Shown here: one piece after another, positions 37,301 through 51,007 of the stretch
How positions within the stretch are numbered: the stretch's first letter is position 1
Layout of the letters: the number at the start of each line of letters is the position of its first letter
Assembly (NCBI GenBank): GCA_051362555.1
Contig: CM120640.1
Location: 23,794,225-23,858,224, forward strand
Length of the DNA stretch: 64,000 nt
Direction of reading: 5' to 3'
Source of the DNA: Lingula anatina
Taxonomy: Eukaryota > Animalia > Brachiopoda
Made by a program: the position numbers and the translations under genes
Notes under the pieces: generated by a model
Told to the model about the DNA's origin: nothing
The model's input: the letters and a program-made list of their open reading frames with translations, nothing else
Databases searched by the model: none

Positions 37301-37706
37301 GTTCTCCACAACTGTGCCAATTTTTATGCTTGTAATTGTAAGTGCTTGATGATTTCACCAAACTGCTGCATATTTTGAGTAAGTAGACTGCTTATTTTAC
37401 TTTTGGAGGCCATTTTGGAATTCTATACACCTGTAGAAGCGGATATTGATAATTCATTCATAGCATGTTATTTTCTAGCAATAAAATGATATTTTAAACC
37501 ATTATAGGACTATATATTAGATGTTTTAATTTAAAAGAGTATTTGTGGAGGCCATATTGGATTTGGCGGCCATACTGGGATTTTCAGACATGCCCATATA
37601 TCCAAAAAGGCTTAGAATTCCATTATCTACAACTGTGGCAAATTTCATGCTTGTAGGTAAAAAACGCACAATTCACCCTTTTTTTCTGCACCAAATTCTT
37701 GGACTA
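34326..37706. mobile_element. Academ-like non-autonomous DNA transposon with tandem-repeat TIRs
   Basis: TAGTCCAGGAATTTGGTG...CACCAAATTCTTGGACTA termini; ATT 3-bp TSD; ~300-320-bp units (about 3.5 on the left at 34326-35390, about 2 inverted on the right at 37085-37706). Confidence 0.78.
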
Positions 37707-38652
37707 ATTGGCCCTTGTTTGAGACAGAACATAAAATCCAGATCTACCAATTTACACAATTGAACAACCACGTCATCTAGAGCAGAACAAAGTCATTGGC
37801 TGTTAAATTGACAAAAGGATTTACTAATTGATCAATCTGCTCAAGAGTGGATTTTTAGTGGATTTGATAAGATCTGATATAACAGTAATTAGAGAACCTG
37901 GCAGCAAGTTTCCAGCTTTTGTAAGTAAAATAATTGGAGTCATATTTAATAACATTTTTAAAGAAAGCTTAGGTTTGTTTATTTATGGTGTATATCATAT
38001 CAGTCTGTCCTTTGGTAATTTTTTGTTGGTTGAATTTTTGGAGAATATTTACTTAATGCATGAAGTCCAAGTATATCATTTCTTTTGTTGAAATTTAGAC
38101 TATTGAAAACATTCATTTGCCTCTAAAGAGTACTTTATTGTCACACTCATCTTTTTTTTAATGAATGCAGCTTATATTATCTTGCATGCTATTGTGCTTA
38201 GAAAATCTGTTAGAGATGAATTATCTGACTTATCACAGGGTTTTGAGAGTTTGTTAGTAACAAATCTTCTAGTCAATTGCTTAATTCCTATTCTTATCGA
38301 GGCCAGATGCAAACTCATGTAGTTTGACAGGTGTTACAGTTTATATCATCACCAGTGACCAACTCACTTTTCCAATATTATTTATCAAGACAGTATATTA
38401 AATGTTGGCTAAAGCAGTTTTCATAGGGGTTACCTGGAAAAGACTCAGAAAAACAGCTGGTTAGGTTATACATTAAATGCCTGAATGTTAAATGCTTGAT
38501 GTAATTTGGTCTTGTCATGTTACAAAAAATAAGTCGGTTTTATTATTACAGTTAGACTTTCTTTTCAGATTTATTCATTCATGATAATGCCTGCCTTAAT
38601 TGCATTTTACTTTCATTGTCTTAATTTAAATTGGAACGTAACATCATCTTAA

Positions 38653-38993
38653 AGGTATACTGTTCGTGCTTGAAAATGCCTCAGAATCATATTTTCTGTG
38701 TCTACATTACCTGCAAAACTTTTTATCTTCTCCAACTTGGACCTTAGAAAACAGTATATCCCCTCAAATGAAATACCTGATGTCAATATTGCCTTCTGAT
38801 AGTTTTGAATTATATAGGCAGACATGGCAGCCTAAGTGACTGGCAGACATTTAGAATTGAAATATTTAGTTAGAAATGGTATAAATCTTTCAGTCCAAGT
38901 GCAGAGCCATGATTTGAGAATATGAGAAAATTGTGTTCTTCCCCCTTCCTCAGGAAAATTTAATTTAGTGAGGAAATTCTGGATAGGATACCT
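38653..38993. mobile_element. Kolobok-like MITE, degenerate
   Basis: TTAA|AGGTATAC...GGATACCT|TTAA, 341 bp. Confidence 0.5.
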
Positions 38994-40699
38994 TTAAGTA
39001 CACCTTTAAGGCCTTTCCACCTGCAAGTAATGAGTAAATAATTTGTCAGGGTGGATGCATATATTAACTGCATCTTTTATTTATGAAATCCACATTGATT
39101 GAATTTAAAATACCACACACAGAATAGCCGAATAGTGCACCCCATTGGATGCCCCATTATATATTTCGATGGAATTCAATCAACTCTGATCTCAAATGAA
39201 GTGTTTGGTAAATGCTGTTGTTTACTGTTACCTAATGGGGTATTGTTGTTACATTAACTAAACAAGCTCTTAGTTTGTCAAAATACTGGAAGAAAGTATA
39301 TAATTTAGTGAACTGGAAAGCATTTAGATTATTACCATATAGTGCATTTTATAGTATACCAGTATCAGCTAAATTTTATGGCTAGTAGTAGGCATAACTT
39401 CAAGAGTCTGGCATACAGTATCTGTTAGATGGGAAAACTCCAGTTCAGGTGAACAAGCAGTGGTCATTCAGTAGGTGAGGTTTTTATAAAATGATTTTGT
39501 TTAATATTGTTTTTGACTGACATCTGTCATAACAAAAGAAAATAGATGTTGTTAAGTTCAGTGGGTACTTAAATATGGATTAGCATGCAAAGTTTGCATG
39601 TTGTTTGTTTCCATGCTGTTGAACACCACCTAACTGTAGAGAATTTGATGAATACTCATTAAATCATACATGTAAGTTTGTTTCACAATTGGTATACGGG
39701 TATATGAAATCCTATTGTATCTTGGGTTATTTGTAATTTTTTTTGCAATTGGTTTTGCTTTGATGTATAAAACATCTGAAATATTGATTTGCTGATATGA
39801 CATACATAGAGATATACTAGTGTTTCAACAGTCATTATTTGCTATCAACAGCAGATGGACTGTGATATTCAAAATTGAGATTATAGTATATAAGTCAGAT
39901 TTATTTCTATTTCTTAATGTATAATAGAATTGAGAATGCATCTGATTGTAACATGATTATGTGTTTGTCCAAACATGGGCATGTATGTTCTTGACATTGT
40001 GGAATATTGGAAGGTCTCAAGACTGTGGCCCTTGAGTATCCTGGCAGCATGCCTTCAAGGCAGTGACAGGATCTAATTACAAGGAAAAAGATGACAATCA
40101 TGTATTAAATTATGAAGTAGAAACCTAGGAATATTGAATAACAATCAATGGATAATTAAGAAAGGGATTGAGATATTTTAACAAGGTCCCAGAAGGAGGA
40201 GAAACAGTAAATTAAGCAGCATTATCAATGAGTTAATTCACGAGATAATTTGCAGTGAGTGAATTAATTGAAATGTCAATTATGAACATGCAAAATGACA
40301 ATTGAAACTGTTGTAAGGTAGTGTCATGAGGATTCAATATTCAATGTTATATTTGATTAATTTTGGAAAAGAAACAATTTGTTTGTTGTAACTTCTATGA
40401 AAAGTTTTTTTCTTGGGGGGGGGGGGCAGACTGATGATTTTTGTGATGGTTTCTTTTACACTGTTTTTAATGAAACGAAGCTTGAAATGTTAATTATTTT
40501 TCTTTTCAAAGTCTTGAATCAATAGCGTATTTGAAGAATAAGTCACAGGAAATTACTTGACCAGATAGTGAACATTTCTGTATTTGCTTGTTTTTTGTTT
40601 CTTTTTACTTAGACCATTACCATCAGTATACCATTTGTCAGTCACATTTACACTTCTCTCCTCTTATTGATTTTGTTCTCTTTTCATGGAAGTGTTGGT

Positions 40700-40927
40700 T
40701 GTAAGTGCATTGACTGAAGAGAAGACAAACTGGGAAACTAAGACACAAAAGTTGCTGAAAAGTTGAAGAGAGGTTCTTTGAAGTAAGTGCCTGGAATCTG
40801 CATTGCTAACTGGAGAAGGCTTTCTGCTGAATTGGTTGGATCTCGAGAAGCTGATATCGGAAGTTGGATTACTCTGGGCTGAACATAGATCAGTTGGCTT
40901 GTGAATGACTGAGGAAAATTAAAACAG
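40700..40927 (+). other. Candidate 5'-UTR exon of the SLC1 gene
   Basis: Purine-rich block ending in a good donor CAG|GTGAGA; the first coding exon starts with an acceptor, so upstream exons must exist; start is approximate. Confidence 0.35.
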
Positions 40928-41378
40928 GTGAGAGGGAAATGATATACTCTTCTTATATTGCATGCTCAAAATGAGAGGAAGTACAGTGTATTTACTGAAA
41001 TGGATGTGACCATCCAGTAATCTGGACATATAATGGGTACATTTTAGTGTAATGATTTCATTCAGGGGTAAGATTTGAAAAGGATTTATAATCGTGCACA
41101 GTTATACTTTGCAGAACATCCTTGATAAGATGGTAAAGAGATATTTAAGGTCTTAAAATATTCATTATCACCCTTCAAAGGAAAAAACAAAAAAACAATA
41201 TCTTTTCACCAAAAATGGGGGAAAAATAACAAAGTGTTCATCATTTCACAAGTTTAAGGAATATTGAAAATATTTTCACTTGTGTATTAATTATTTTAAT
41301 GTGAAAATGAATTTGTTGTTTCCCAGAATGAATAGAGGATTGTGCAGGATACCTGTAGGTGTGAAGGATTACAATTAA

Positions 41379-41622
41379 GGGACCATTCCCACAGAAATTT
41401 GGATCGATCTATCTTCTTGGGGAGCCTCACTTAATTGCTATCAACTTTACCATCTTAAATGTCTGTCATGCCTAGTAAAGCTGTTAGGGGGTAATTATCT
41501 TTACCCCCTAGCTGATTCGGTAGGTGTGACAGACATATCAGCCGGTTAAGTTGATAGCAATTTAGTGTGACTCCCCAGGAAGTTAGACCGATCCAGATGG
41601 ATCGATCTAGGCATGGGAACCC
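41379..41622. mobile_element. PIF/Tourist-like MITE, copy 1 of 3
   Basis: TAA then GGGACCATTCCCACA...TGGGAAC; GATCGATCTA subterminal motifs; homologues at 50794-51007 and, inverted, from 49132. Confidence 0.65.
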
Positions 41623-43266
41623 AGTGTAAGACCCCTTTTGCCAGCCAATCTAAATGTAGAACAATTATTTTGTTTAGGACTAGACTGAAATCAGCTTTAG
41701 TGATAATGTTCAAAATATCCAAACATATGTTCACACACCTTGCCTTTCCAATCTTCAAGATGTTGGGTTTTGTGTGTCATTGCAGACTATGGTTTTCTGA
41801 CAAATTTTGAACTTGGGGATCATTTTAGACCCTAACTATAATATGAGGGGGTCACTAACCATACTATTGACAATTGATGCCACTGGTTTAGAATGAAGGG
41901 CTTCTTTTTCATGAAACTATATAAAGGCCCCCAAAATTTAGAATTGCAAAAGATACATATCTGGCTTATATTTGTAACCTTAGAGTAAAATGACTATATT
42001 ATAGTCACTGTTACCGCGATATAAACATACTAGTAGTCTCTTGCACTACTCATAAGCAGTTATAATAGGCCTAGCTGTTATAATACTGAAAACTGCATCT
42101 AATAGGAGAACAAAAGTGGAGAGAACATGAATATCATATTCATGAATATCATATCGGAACCAATTAAGACTGATTTTTGTTCTTAAGTGAAATAGCTAGA
42201 GCTTAGTCTTAAGTTGCAGCAGTATGATATTTGGGTTATTGAGTCTTCAAGAGGGGCATTTATTTCAGTAAAAAGCATTCTGTTCAAGAAGTCTCACCTG
42301 AAAGAGAAGTGTAATGTGATTAGTATCCATCTGTGGAAATGCCTCCCATCAGCATGTGTGGACTAGAAGGAAAATACCAGAAATGTCAGCAGCAGTATGA
42401 CTGAAAGAAATCTGGATTATTGGTTCCTTGCATACTACTGCAGAAACCTTTATTACATTTGTCCAGATTTATACACATGAATTCAATAGATTTACGAACA
42501 GTATGTCACCAGTTATTACATGTTATTACATCAAACTAGGTATGTTTTGAATTGATGAAAATATAAGATTGGAAATGAGATTTGACAAGGAGCACAGTGT
42601 GAAGACTTTTGTAGTATCTGGTAGCAATAACAACAGCGTTGGCAGCTGAAGAGGAACTAGAGGCGTGATGTGTGTAAAGAGGATGTCAAGGAGAGAGCTC
42701 CAATTGTCTCACTGAGCAATTTACACCTTCACGTCACTGGTCAAAATTGGTCATCATATCTTGCAGATATATGCACATTTATTTGATTTGGTTTTGGGTC
42801 TTTATTCTCAGAAGCTTTTTTTTCCTTTTTGGGTAAGTTCAGCAAAGTTTCAATTTGTCTATTGGCTGGAGTACAAATTAAATCTGTGAGATCTTCACCT
42901 CAGTGACTTCTGTCTTGTTGTGTTTCATCAACTGAGAGCCCTGTGGCATTGGATCAAGAATGTCTTTTGTTCAGCCAAATAGAGGGGGCATATAATCCTT
43001 AAATGTGCTTTTTATAAATTTCCTTTGAGACCCAATATTCACAATTTTGTGTGCTTCATCTCAGTCAGTGGCCAAACATCTTAGTGTGCTTTCGCACATG
43101 TGGGGAGTGTTAAATAGAAGGTGCATGCATAACTGGCTTTGTCACTTTGACTGCCATTTCCAGTGGCTGGGAAAATTATGAGTTTAGATTAAATAGATAA
43201 TGAAACTGATGCCGAGTGATATGACACTTCTTTTGTAGCATCTTAAAAGTAATTTAGTTGAGTTAA

Positions 43267-43598
43267 AGGGATAACAACTGTTAGTTATGACAAAAAAAAA
43301 ATTCCTGGGGTCAAAACAATTTTCCCATACTTACCAATGATTGATGAATCTATTCCTATGTTCAGAATTAGTCCATGGTTTTCTTCTAAAAAGTATGGTT
43401 TTTGTAATAATCTCTTAAGAGATAATTAGAGAGGGCTAGAGATCTATGAAGGTCCATGTGGGCTGATGGCAAGCACAAATTCCAGAATAATGCGATAACT
43501 ACTGTTTGGCGGTAAAATGGAATTTATTATATTTCTATGAGTTGTTTACAATGTATTTATCATGAAATATGGATCTCAAAGAAAGAGTTGTTATCCCT
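43267..43598 (+). mobile_element. Kolobok-like MITE, 332 bp
   Basis: TTAA TSD; AGGGATAACAACT TIR; colinear with 53053-53384. Confidence 0.85.
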
Positions 43599-46500
43599 TT
43601 AAGAAATAGTGCAATTGTAATTGCGCAGTCTGATGTGAGCTGAGGTTTCTTATCTGGGACACTAATAGTATGATGTTTATTTTTATCTGTGGGGGCCTAT
43701 CTGTGGTTCCTTTCCAAGTCCACATTTGAATGAAGGCAGAAAAATAATAGGACATTTTTAAATATCATATTCTTGTCCGCAGTTACTGAATATTAATGCT
43801 GCAGTGACCACAAATCAATGTTACAAATCTTGTTTCAGAAGGGCTGCAATAAATCCAGAAGATATATGTATTGGTAGACAGCATTTGACGTGGAGTTTTA
43901 CAGTGCTATATTAATTATTTAAATATAGAGTGCTGGGTTGGACTTCATGGGATCTACTCTCTAGGCTATAAAATTATACACATGCATGCACCATGTAAGG
44001 TCCATCAACTCAGCTACTGGTAGCTGTTACGTAAATTTATGTGAAAACTGAATGCAGCCCCTTGGCTTGCAAATATAAAAGAGCAAGTTGGCAAAGAAAC
44101 TCTTGAGTGCTTTACATTATGTGCTCCAATACATAGAATTTATTAAGGTTAACACCATTAGAGGAATTTTTTTACAAATTGGAATTCTTTCTTTCTTCAG
44201 ATGTCTGAAAAGCTTTTTTTGATTATTATCAGGTTCTGAATATTTGTCATATTTCAATAAAGAAAGCAATTAAAAAAAAAAAAAAAAAAAAGATACTTTC
44301 TGTAAAGAATGGACTGAACACTTTCAAAGTTTGGTGTCTTGTTTCCTTAGCTCTTGTTTCTTTTAAATTCAAACATGTGATGTAAAACTGACAAAGTCAA
44401 AAGTTATGATTGAGTATACAACAGTATATTTGATCGACTTGTTGCTTCAAGGCAAAGAAAGCAATTAGTCATTGGAACAAAAAATACTTATACATCTATG
44501 GAGATAGATAGATATTAAAAAGTATTTGAAGTAACTTTGCCTGTGCACAATTAGGTAATTTGCACAATCCAACCAATTATTTCCACATCTTGAAAGTAGG
44601 GTACATAAACTTGGCATCAGTGATTTTGAATTCATGGGGAATTGGTATTCCTCCCCCCTTTTCCAGCCTCACACTGTCACTCAAACCATTCTAGAAGGCA
44701 AGCCACACAAGGGAGAGTGGGAGAGAGGAAAGCTTGGACAAGGGCATAGCTAAACCAGAGTTCTAGAATCTAGTGCAGGTATGATAAGATATTGATGTGC
44801 TTAATGACCTTTTTAAAAATAAGTATTGAGTAAAGCAGTCAACTAAGACTTGATAGAGACAGGTGCACTCATTGTTTTTTATAATAGGGATGCATGTTTC
44901 TCAGCTTGCACAAGCGAGCATGGGGAATTCATTCTTTAGGTAAGTTCAGCTGTATAAGTACACAGTAAGTACACCATGCTTCCTATACTAATGTTGATCT
45001 TTTAGTGAACTTTTTCTGGTTTGAATATGTTGAGGTAGAGACTAGAATCGTTCACAATTTGATAATTGATTTGGGTAGACTGGGTGCACATTGATAAATG
45101 AACAGATGCAGTTAAATGGTAATTACTTATTGGGGCTTTTGCTCATTATAGTCTGTAGGTAGATGTCAAGTATTCTAACATGAAACTATTAACGCACATA
45201 ATTGTTGGTCTTCAAATCACCATGACAGTGAGGGTATTTAATAGTATTACCTGCCATGGCCAGTCCTGTTATTAAACCTCTAGGGTGATTAGGTTAAGGA
45301 CTTCCAATCAATTTTTCTTGTAGAGTATTAAGTGTGTCATTCCAGCATTTCCATATTGCACATATTGTTTAGACTGGATAATGTGTGTGTGTGTACATGT
45401 TTTTTTGATACACATGGGCATTGTCCAGCACAAGATTGTTATCCTTGGAGGTTTAACGTTTCAGTTCTGCTTTTAAATGTTTGTATTGTTTTTGAACTGT
45501 GAAAGCCAAAGGGACTTCACCAGCTATGTATTAATATGATTGTTATGAGAAGTATTTCAGATTGTTATTTTATGTTACTTTCTATTTTATGAAAGCCTTT
45601 TGTTATGGCAACTTTTTTTTTTTTTTTTGTAAAATTATGGAGAAAGTTTTGATCAATTTTTTTTACATATAAACTGTCACAGTGCAGTGGTAAAAAAAGA
45701 TGTTTACCTGTGTCACTGTTCATATTTTTCATTTATGGTATTTTCAAATACATGAAAAAATTTATTTCATCATAAGTCTAGATGGCTTTCCTCTAAAAGC
45801 ATTGGAAAAACATAAACATAATCCTCAGACTTTCGGAATTATTGGGGCAACCCTTCCCAGGCTGAAGCAGATCAATGTTTTTACTTGTAAGGAATTTGAC
45901 AAGAATGTGAAGCATTTGTTTTATATTAAGACCTGAAACCCCATTTTTCTGTATATACAGACACTGATGTACAGCTGTATTTGTCTGTATATACAGACAC
46001 TTACACTGTATTCTGATCCACTGTTTCAGATGGCAGTTCCTGTCATACACATATGTGGTTGCTCTATTATAGCCAACATATATACCTATTTGACTTGAAG
46101 TTTGGTGTAAGTTTTTTATTGTAAAAATACATATTAAGTTTTTTATGCCCACTAGGGTATTCTTCCTTTATGCCTACCAAGATACATATAGCAACTGTAA
46201 ATGTGCCAAGAACGTCAGTTTGGAAAGCACTACAAAAGTGACACTCAATACATACAGTAGTGAATGTGAACTGTTGTGCACAGTAGGCTTTTTGGCAGAA
46301 ATTCATATGAGAAAAGAGCATACTACTGTAGAAAAATAGATTGGGTAAATTTTGTCAGTTTTTTTAAAATTTATTTTCGTTTTTTGATTATTTTTTTTAT
46401 AACCACACTCGCTGTTTTGTCATTATTTCTGTCCCAAGTCTCCTCCAGTTTTTCTGGTTGATGGACTTCTCAGCAATTTAAAATAATTCCAGTTAAAACA

Positions 46501-47439
46501 TGTATCACAATGAGAAACAAATGAAACTGATTAGCTAACTGACGTCAAACTGCTTTTGCCGTTCGTGATGGAAACAGAGAGGATGGTGTTGAATGCCTTG
46601 ATGGAGGAAGTATGCCTCTGTGAGTTTAAACCTTAGTCAGAACCATTGGTTAGTTTTTGTCCTACATGGACCAGGATGCTTAGATTTTATATTGACTTAA
46701 AATCTGCAAAATTAAGAAGAGAAAGGTAAACTTTTCTCCAAAAATATTGAGAATATGAAACTACTCCAATTTATTTTCTCCCAACAACCATCACTTTGAT
46801 AATATTAATTTTTGTCTCTATAGGCCCATCATAATGCAGAAATATTATTAAAAATTGAAAAAAAATTAACCTTATGTAATTTTATGTGTGATGTTTACAG
46901 TATAATCTTAAAGGTACATTTCTCAAAAGGTCTTTTACTCTGAAAGTCCACTGTATTAACTTGCTCCAATCTATAAACATTAACAGTCTTGCCTCTCTAT
47001 AGTTTAAGTAACATTTAAGAGTAGGATTCCCTTACACAATGGACCTTTGGAGTAATGAACACTGCTAAAAGTTATGGGGTGACAAACCTTAGGAGCAGAG
47101 GCATGTCAGAGTAATCATCACCTCCTAAAGTAATGAAAGAAATAGAAAAAAGAACAGAATGCAGATTGTGAAAAAAAAACATATTACAGTAGTTTAAATG
47201 GAAAGCCATACAGCATAGTGCTTCATTTAAGAGGAGTTTGTCGGGAATAAAGAGAATTAACAGTTTATCCTAAGAGATATGTGAAGCACATAAGATGCAC
47301 CCCTAGATTAATAAACGATTCAAAACAATGAACTGTATAATGGTGTTGAGTTCCCAGTTGGCCTCAAAACTGTGACTTTATTGTCTAGACAAGGGTTTTC
47401 CATTTAACTCTTAAAGAGTGATTTCATAACATTAATGTC

Positions 47440-47441
<2 letters not shown>

Positions 47442-47484
<43 letters not shown>
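47442..47484. repeat. (GA)n microsatellite
   Basis: Read directly. Confidence 0.95.
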
Positions 47485-47487
<3 letters not shown>

Positions 47488-49236
47488 AGGCATCCAGGAG
47501 GAATAATTGCACAGCAGGTTATGCCAATGGAATAGAGATAAACTTTGTGCTGGTGATAACAGTCTGGGTGTGCTTGCCAGTCAAATGCCCCTGGCTGGTA
47601 TTTTCTTAAAGTGTCACCAAGAAAAAGATTAACAATGATCCTTAACCTCAGCTCGAAGAATGCCATTTTATAATATACCTGAAAATTTGATACAACATTT
47701 GAATGATAAACTTAGATGTATCTTACTCCTTGTCAAGGAGTACCTGTAGGGCAAAATGCCATTTGACAAATTGTGTATCAGTTTACTGTTTTATCTGATT
47801 ATGTACATAATATGATGATAACTGAGGGGTTAACTGTATAACTTTCACCGGAGATGATCTTGGAAGGAGTTCAGAATTTAAAGGATTGGGTGACTGTGTG
47901 TGGTATTCTGATTCTTTTTATTCCTTGTCACATGCAATACTCATGAATTGGAACCTGAGTAGACTGCAGTTAACTTACCATAGCCATTTAAAGTTAAATC
48001 ATTTAACAAGTGGGTATTGCTACTATCGCTACTGTATATAGAAGGCAGCGATAGCAAACATTCACAGTATCGAATTTTAAGGAAAAAGATGACAGATTAG
48101 ACTGATGTTATATCAAATAAGGTAACTTGCTTATGTTTCTATCCTCATGTGCTGTCTTACTTGATCTTACTTGGTTTTTTAGGAGGGCTGTTTACCATTA
48201 GGTGCCGTTAACAAGGGCTCCTCCCACCTTGAAAGTTGATTTTTACAGGTGGCTGATTGCTACTCACACCATTGCTGAAAGCATGGGAACTGATACCACT
48301 AGTGTGTAGAACTCTTTCTGCCCTTGTTGCAGACTATTTTAGATTGTTGCATAAATATTTGGATGACCTCAGGAAAAACAAATTAGTGATTACACGTCTT
48401 ATAAACCTTGCTGCTAGGTTATTTCTCACTAGAGGTCAGTTTATTAAAAGGGTTTATTAGCTCTGCTTTTTGCCTGCAATGCAAAGCATTTTGCAGGCTA
48501 ATCGGTTGTTTGCTCGATTTTTGACGACGATGGTTGTGCAGGTAGGGTGGCCTGTTATATGGCTTGTTGTAAAATTGTATGTTATTCCAGCATGTTGATC
48601 TGAATGCAGACATGATTCTGAGAGGGTGGTTTCAGTGAGAAAAGACAAGAAACACTTTGGGTGAAGACATTCTTCTGTAATCAGTAAAAAAAAAAAGATT
48701 TACTGAAGTTTGAATTTCTTGCATTATGAGGTGCACATGTAACAGTTCAATTATTTTTTAGGTATGAATTTTTTTCCTTTTTGTTTGCATACTAATTCAG
48801 AACCTTAATATTATTAAAACAGACTATTTGAATGCTACCCATAGGTTTCATTAGGAGTGATTCATTCATAAATACCTTGATTTTTAATATTAAATCCACA
48901 GTAGTGTGACAGTGCTACATTATAGTAATTCAGAATACATTACATTTTTACAAAAATAAATTATTTCATGGAAGTGTATATATAAGTTTCCTATATAAAA
49001 ACCTATTGCTTAATAGCTGCAGGGCCAAGCATGGCCTCTATGTCTTCATCCTCTAATATGATAGTATTATTGATAAGATCATTACTTGATTATCATTAGT
49101 TATAATCAGAAAAATCTATGGGTCAGATTAAGGCCCCATTCCCATACCTAGATGGATCTAGCAGCATTGACCCATCTCCAAGGGGTTTCTCACTAAATTA
49201 CATTCAGCTTATGTGGCTCTGATGACTGGCATTAAG

Positions 49237-49404
49237 CAGGGGCGGATTTAGGCCGTCTTCTGGGTCTTCCGGAAGACGGTCAGATTTTAAAGTTTACAAT
49301 GACGGGTATCTAATATTTTCTGTCGGAAGACGGTCAAAAATGGAGGATGGATTAACAAAAATAATTTGGAAGACTGTCAGAAAATATCTCTGGATCCGCC
49401 CCTG
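49237..49404. mobile_element. hAT-like MITE with a 5-bp TSD
   Basis: CAGGGGCGGAT...ATCCGCCCCTG TIR; TTAAG duplicated at 49232-49236 and 49405-49409; internal GGAAGACGGTCA repeats. Confidence 0.8.
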
Positions 49405-49459
49405 TTAAGGGGTAATTAACTGTCATTTAGCTGCTTCAGTAGGTTAGCCAGACATCTAA

Positions 49460-49761
49460 GATCGCATTCACAACGAGTTGAGCCAGGCTTTACAAATCCT
49501 GGGGACTAAATATGGCGGACGTACAAGAAAGAAAAACTGCCTAATCTTTTAATAGTCTCTCTGCCTCTCACACGCCTCCCCATGTGTTGTCCCAATGGAG
49601 CCGAGATTTAATGACTGTCCCCCCACAGGGACGACGTGTGGGGAGGCGTGTGAGTGGCGGAGAGACTATTAAAAGATTAGGCGGTTTTTCTTTCATGTAC
49701 GACTGCCATATTTAGTCCCCAGGATTTGTAAAGCCTGGCTCAACTCGTTGTGAATGCGATC
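49460..49761. mobile_element. Foldback MITE, PIF/Harbinger-like
   Basis: ~134-bp inverted arms GATCGCATTCACAACGAGTTGAGCCAGG... around a ~34-bp spacer; TAA TSD. Confidence 0.85.
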
Positions 49762-50528
49762 TAAGCCACCCCACCCCATCCTACCCCACTGCCACCCTGT
49801 ACGCTAAAAGATTCAACATGAGGATGGTAGAGTTGAATTACAAGTTGGATTTAATCTAAAAAAAAATTAAGAAATGGCTAAAAACATTGACCCTTTCTTT
49901 AAGAGATTGAACATGGGATTTCAGATGTTGAAATTTTCTTTCTTTCTCTTAATATAGCCTATGTGGTTTTACCTCAAAGGCTAGGATTAATGCATTTTTG
50001 AATAACAAAATTATTAGAATTGTATTTTATGCCAAGTAAAAACATATGGAATGGATGTACCATTCTCCTGATTTAAATCTGTTCCCTAAAACTTGAACTA
50101 GGTAGATATGCAGACAGGCATAACTTGTTGGAGTGATGGTGGCTAAGTACCAGAAAATTGCACAGGATGCCAAGAAAAAGTTCTCAATTGTATTTTTTGC
50201 TTAAATCCCACAAACTGTCACTAAAGGTTTCATCTTCATGACCTGTTATATGTGGATTGACTACAACTTTATGCTCCAAGGCTCAGCCCTGTGTGACCTT
50301 TTTTTTACCCTAGATGAAGCTTTACCTTAGTTTCTGGCAAAAAGCCAGTATATCTATAGCTCTGTATAGAGACTGCATGCATGCCAGGGTTAGTCTACAA
50401 AGTACCTGATGTCATAGATGCATTAGAATTATATGTTTTGACCATGTGGACCAAGAGTAAAGCAAATAATTCATAATTGCAGCACTGAATTCATTTTGAT
50501 TTTGTTTTAGGTTTGATCAATCAGCAAG

Positions 50529-50618
50529 ATGAATGACGAGAAGTCTAAGCAGCCCATGATGTCTATAGAAGATGGAGAAATGGAGCCAGAAAATCCCCCA
50601 ATGTCCTGTCCTCGGAGA
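50529..50618 (+). CDS. SLC1A2: Excitatory amino acid transporter (SLC1, EAAT2-like), coding exon 1
   Basis: Acceptor at 50510; in-frame TGA before the ATG; MNDEKSKQPMM...CPRR; GTAAGA donor; phase 0 fits the next exon. Confidence 0.75.
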
Positions 50619-50793
50619 GTAAGATTTTTTTTGATAGAATATTTTAACAGACATTTTATCACTGAATGAAAATTTGACTCTATATTTTTATGTAACAGAA
50701 ATGAAGTATAATAATAGGTTCAGCGTATACACATGCACGCACACACATACACACACACACATGACAAATATGCATGTGCTTCACACAGAATAA

Positions 50794-51007
50794 GGGTCTA
50801 TTCCCACAACTTTAGATCGATCTATCACCGCGGGGAGTCTCACTAGATTACTGTCAGATAATCCCCCTTAAGTGTCCGTCCCCGCCTACTACAAGCTGTA
50901 AGAGGTAATTAACTTTTGTGTCCGCCCGGCTGACAGCTATTTAGCGTGAACCCCCAGGGAGTTAGGTCGATCTAAAGTAGGTCGATCTAATCTATGGAAA
51001 TGGGGTG
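50794..51007. mobile_element. PIF/Tourist-like MITE, copy 2
   Basis: Similar along its length to 41379-41622. Confidence 0.65.
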
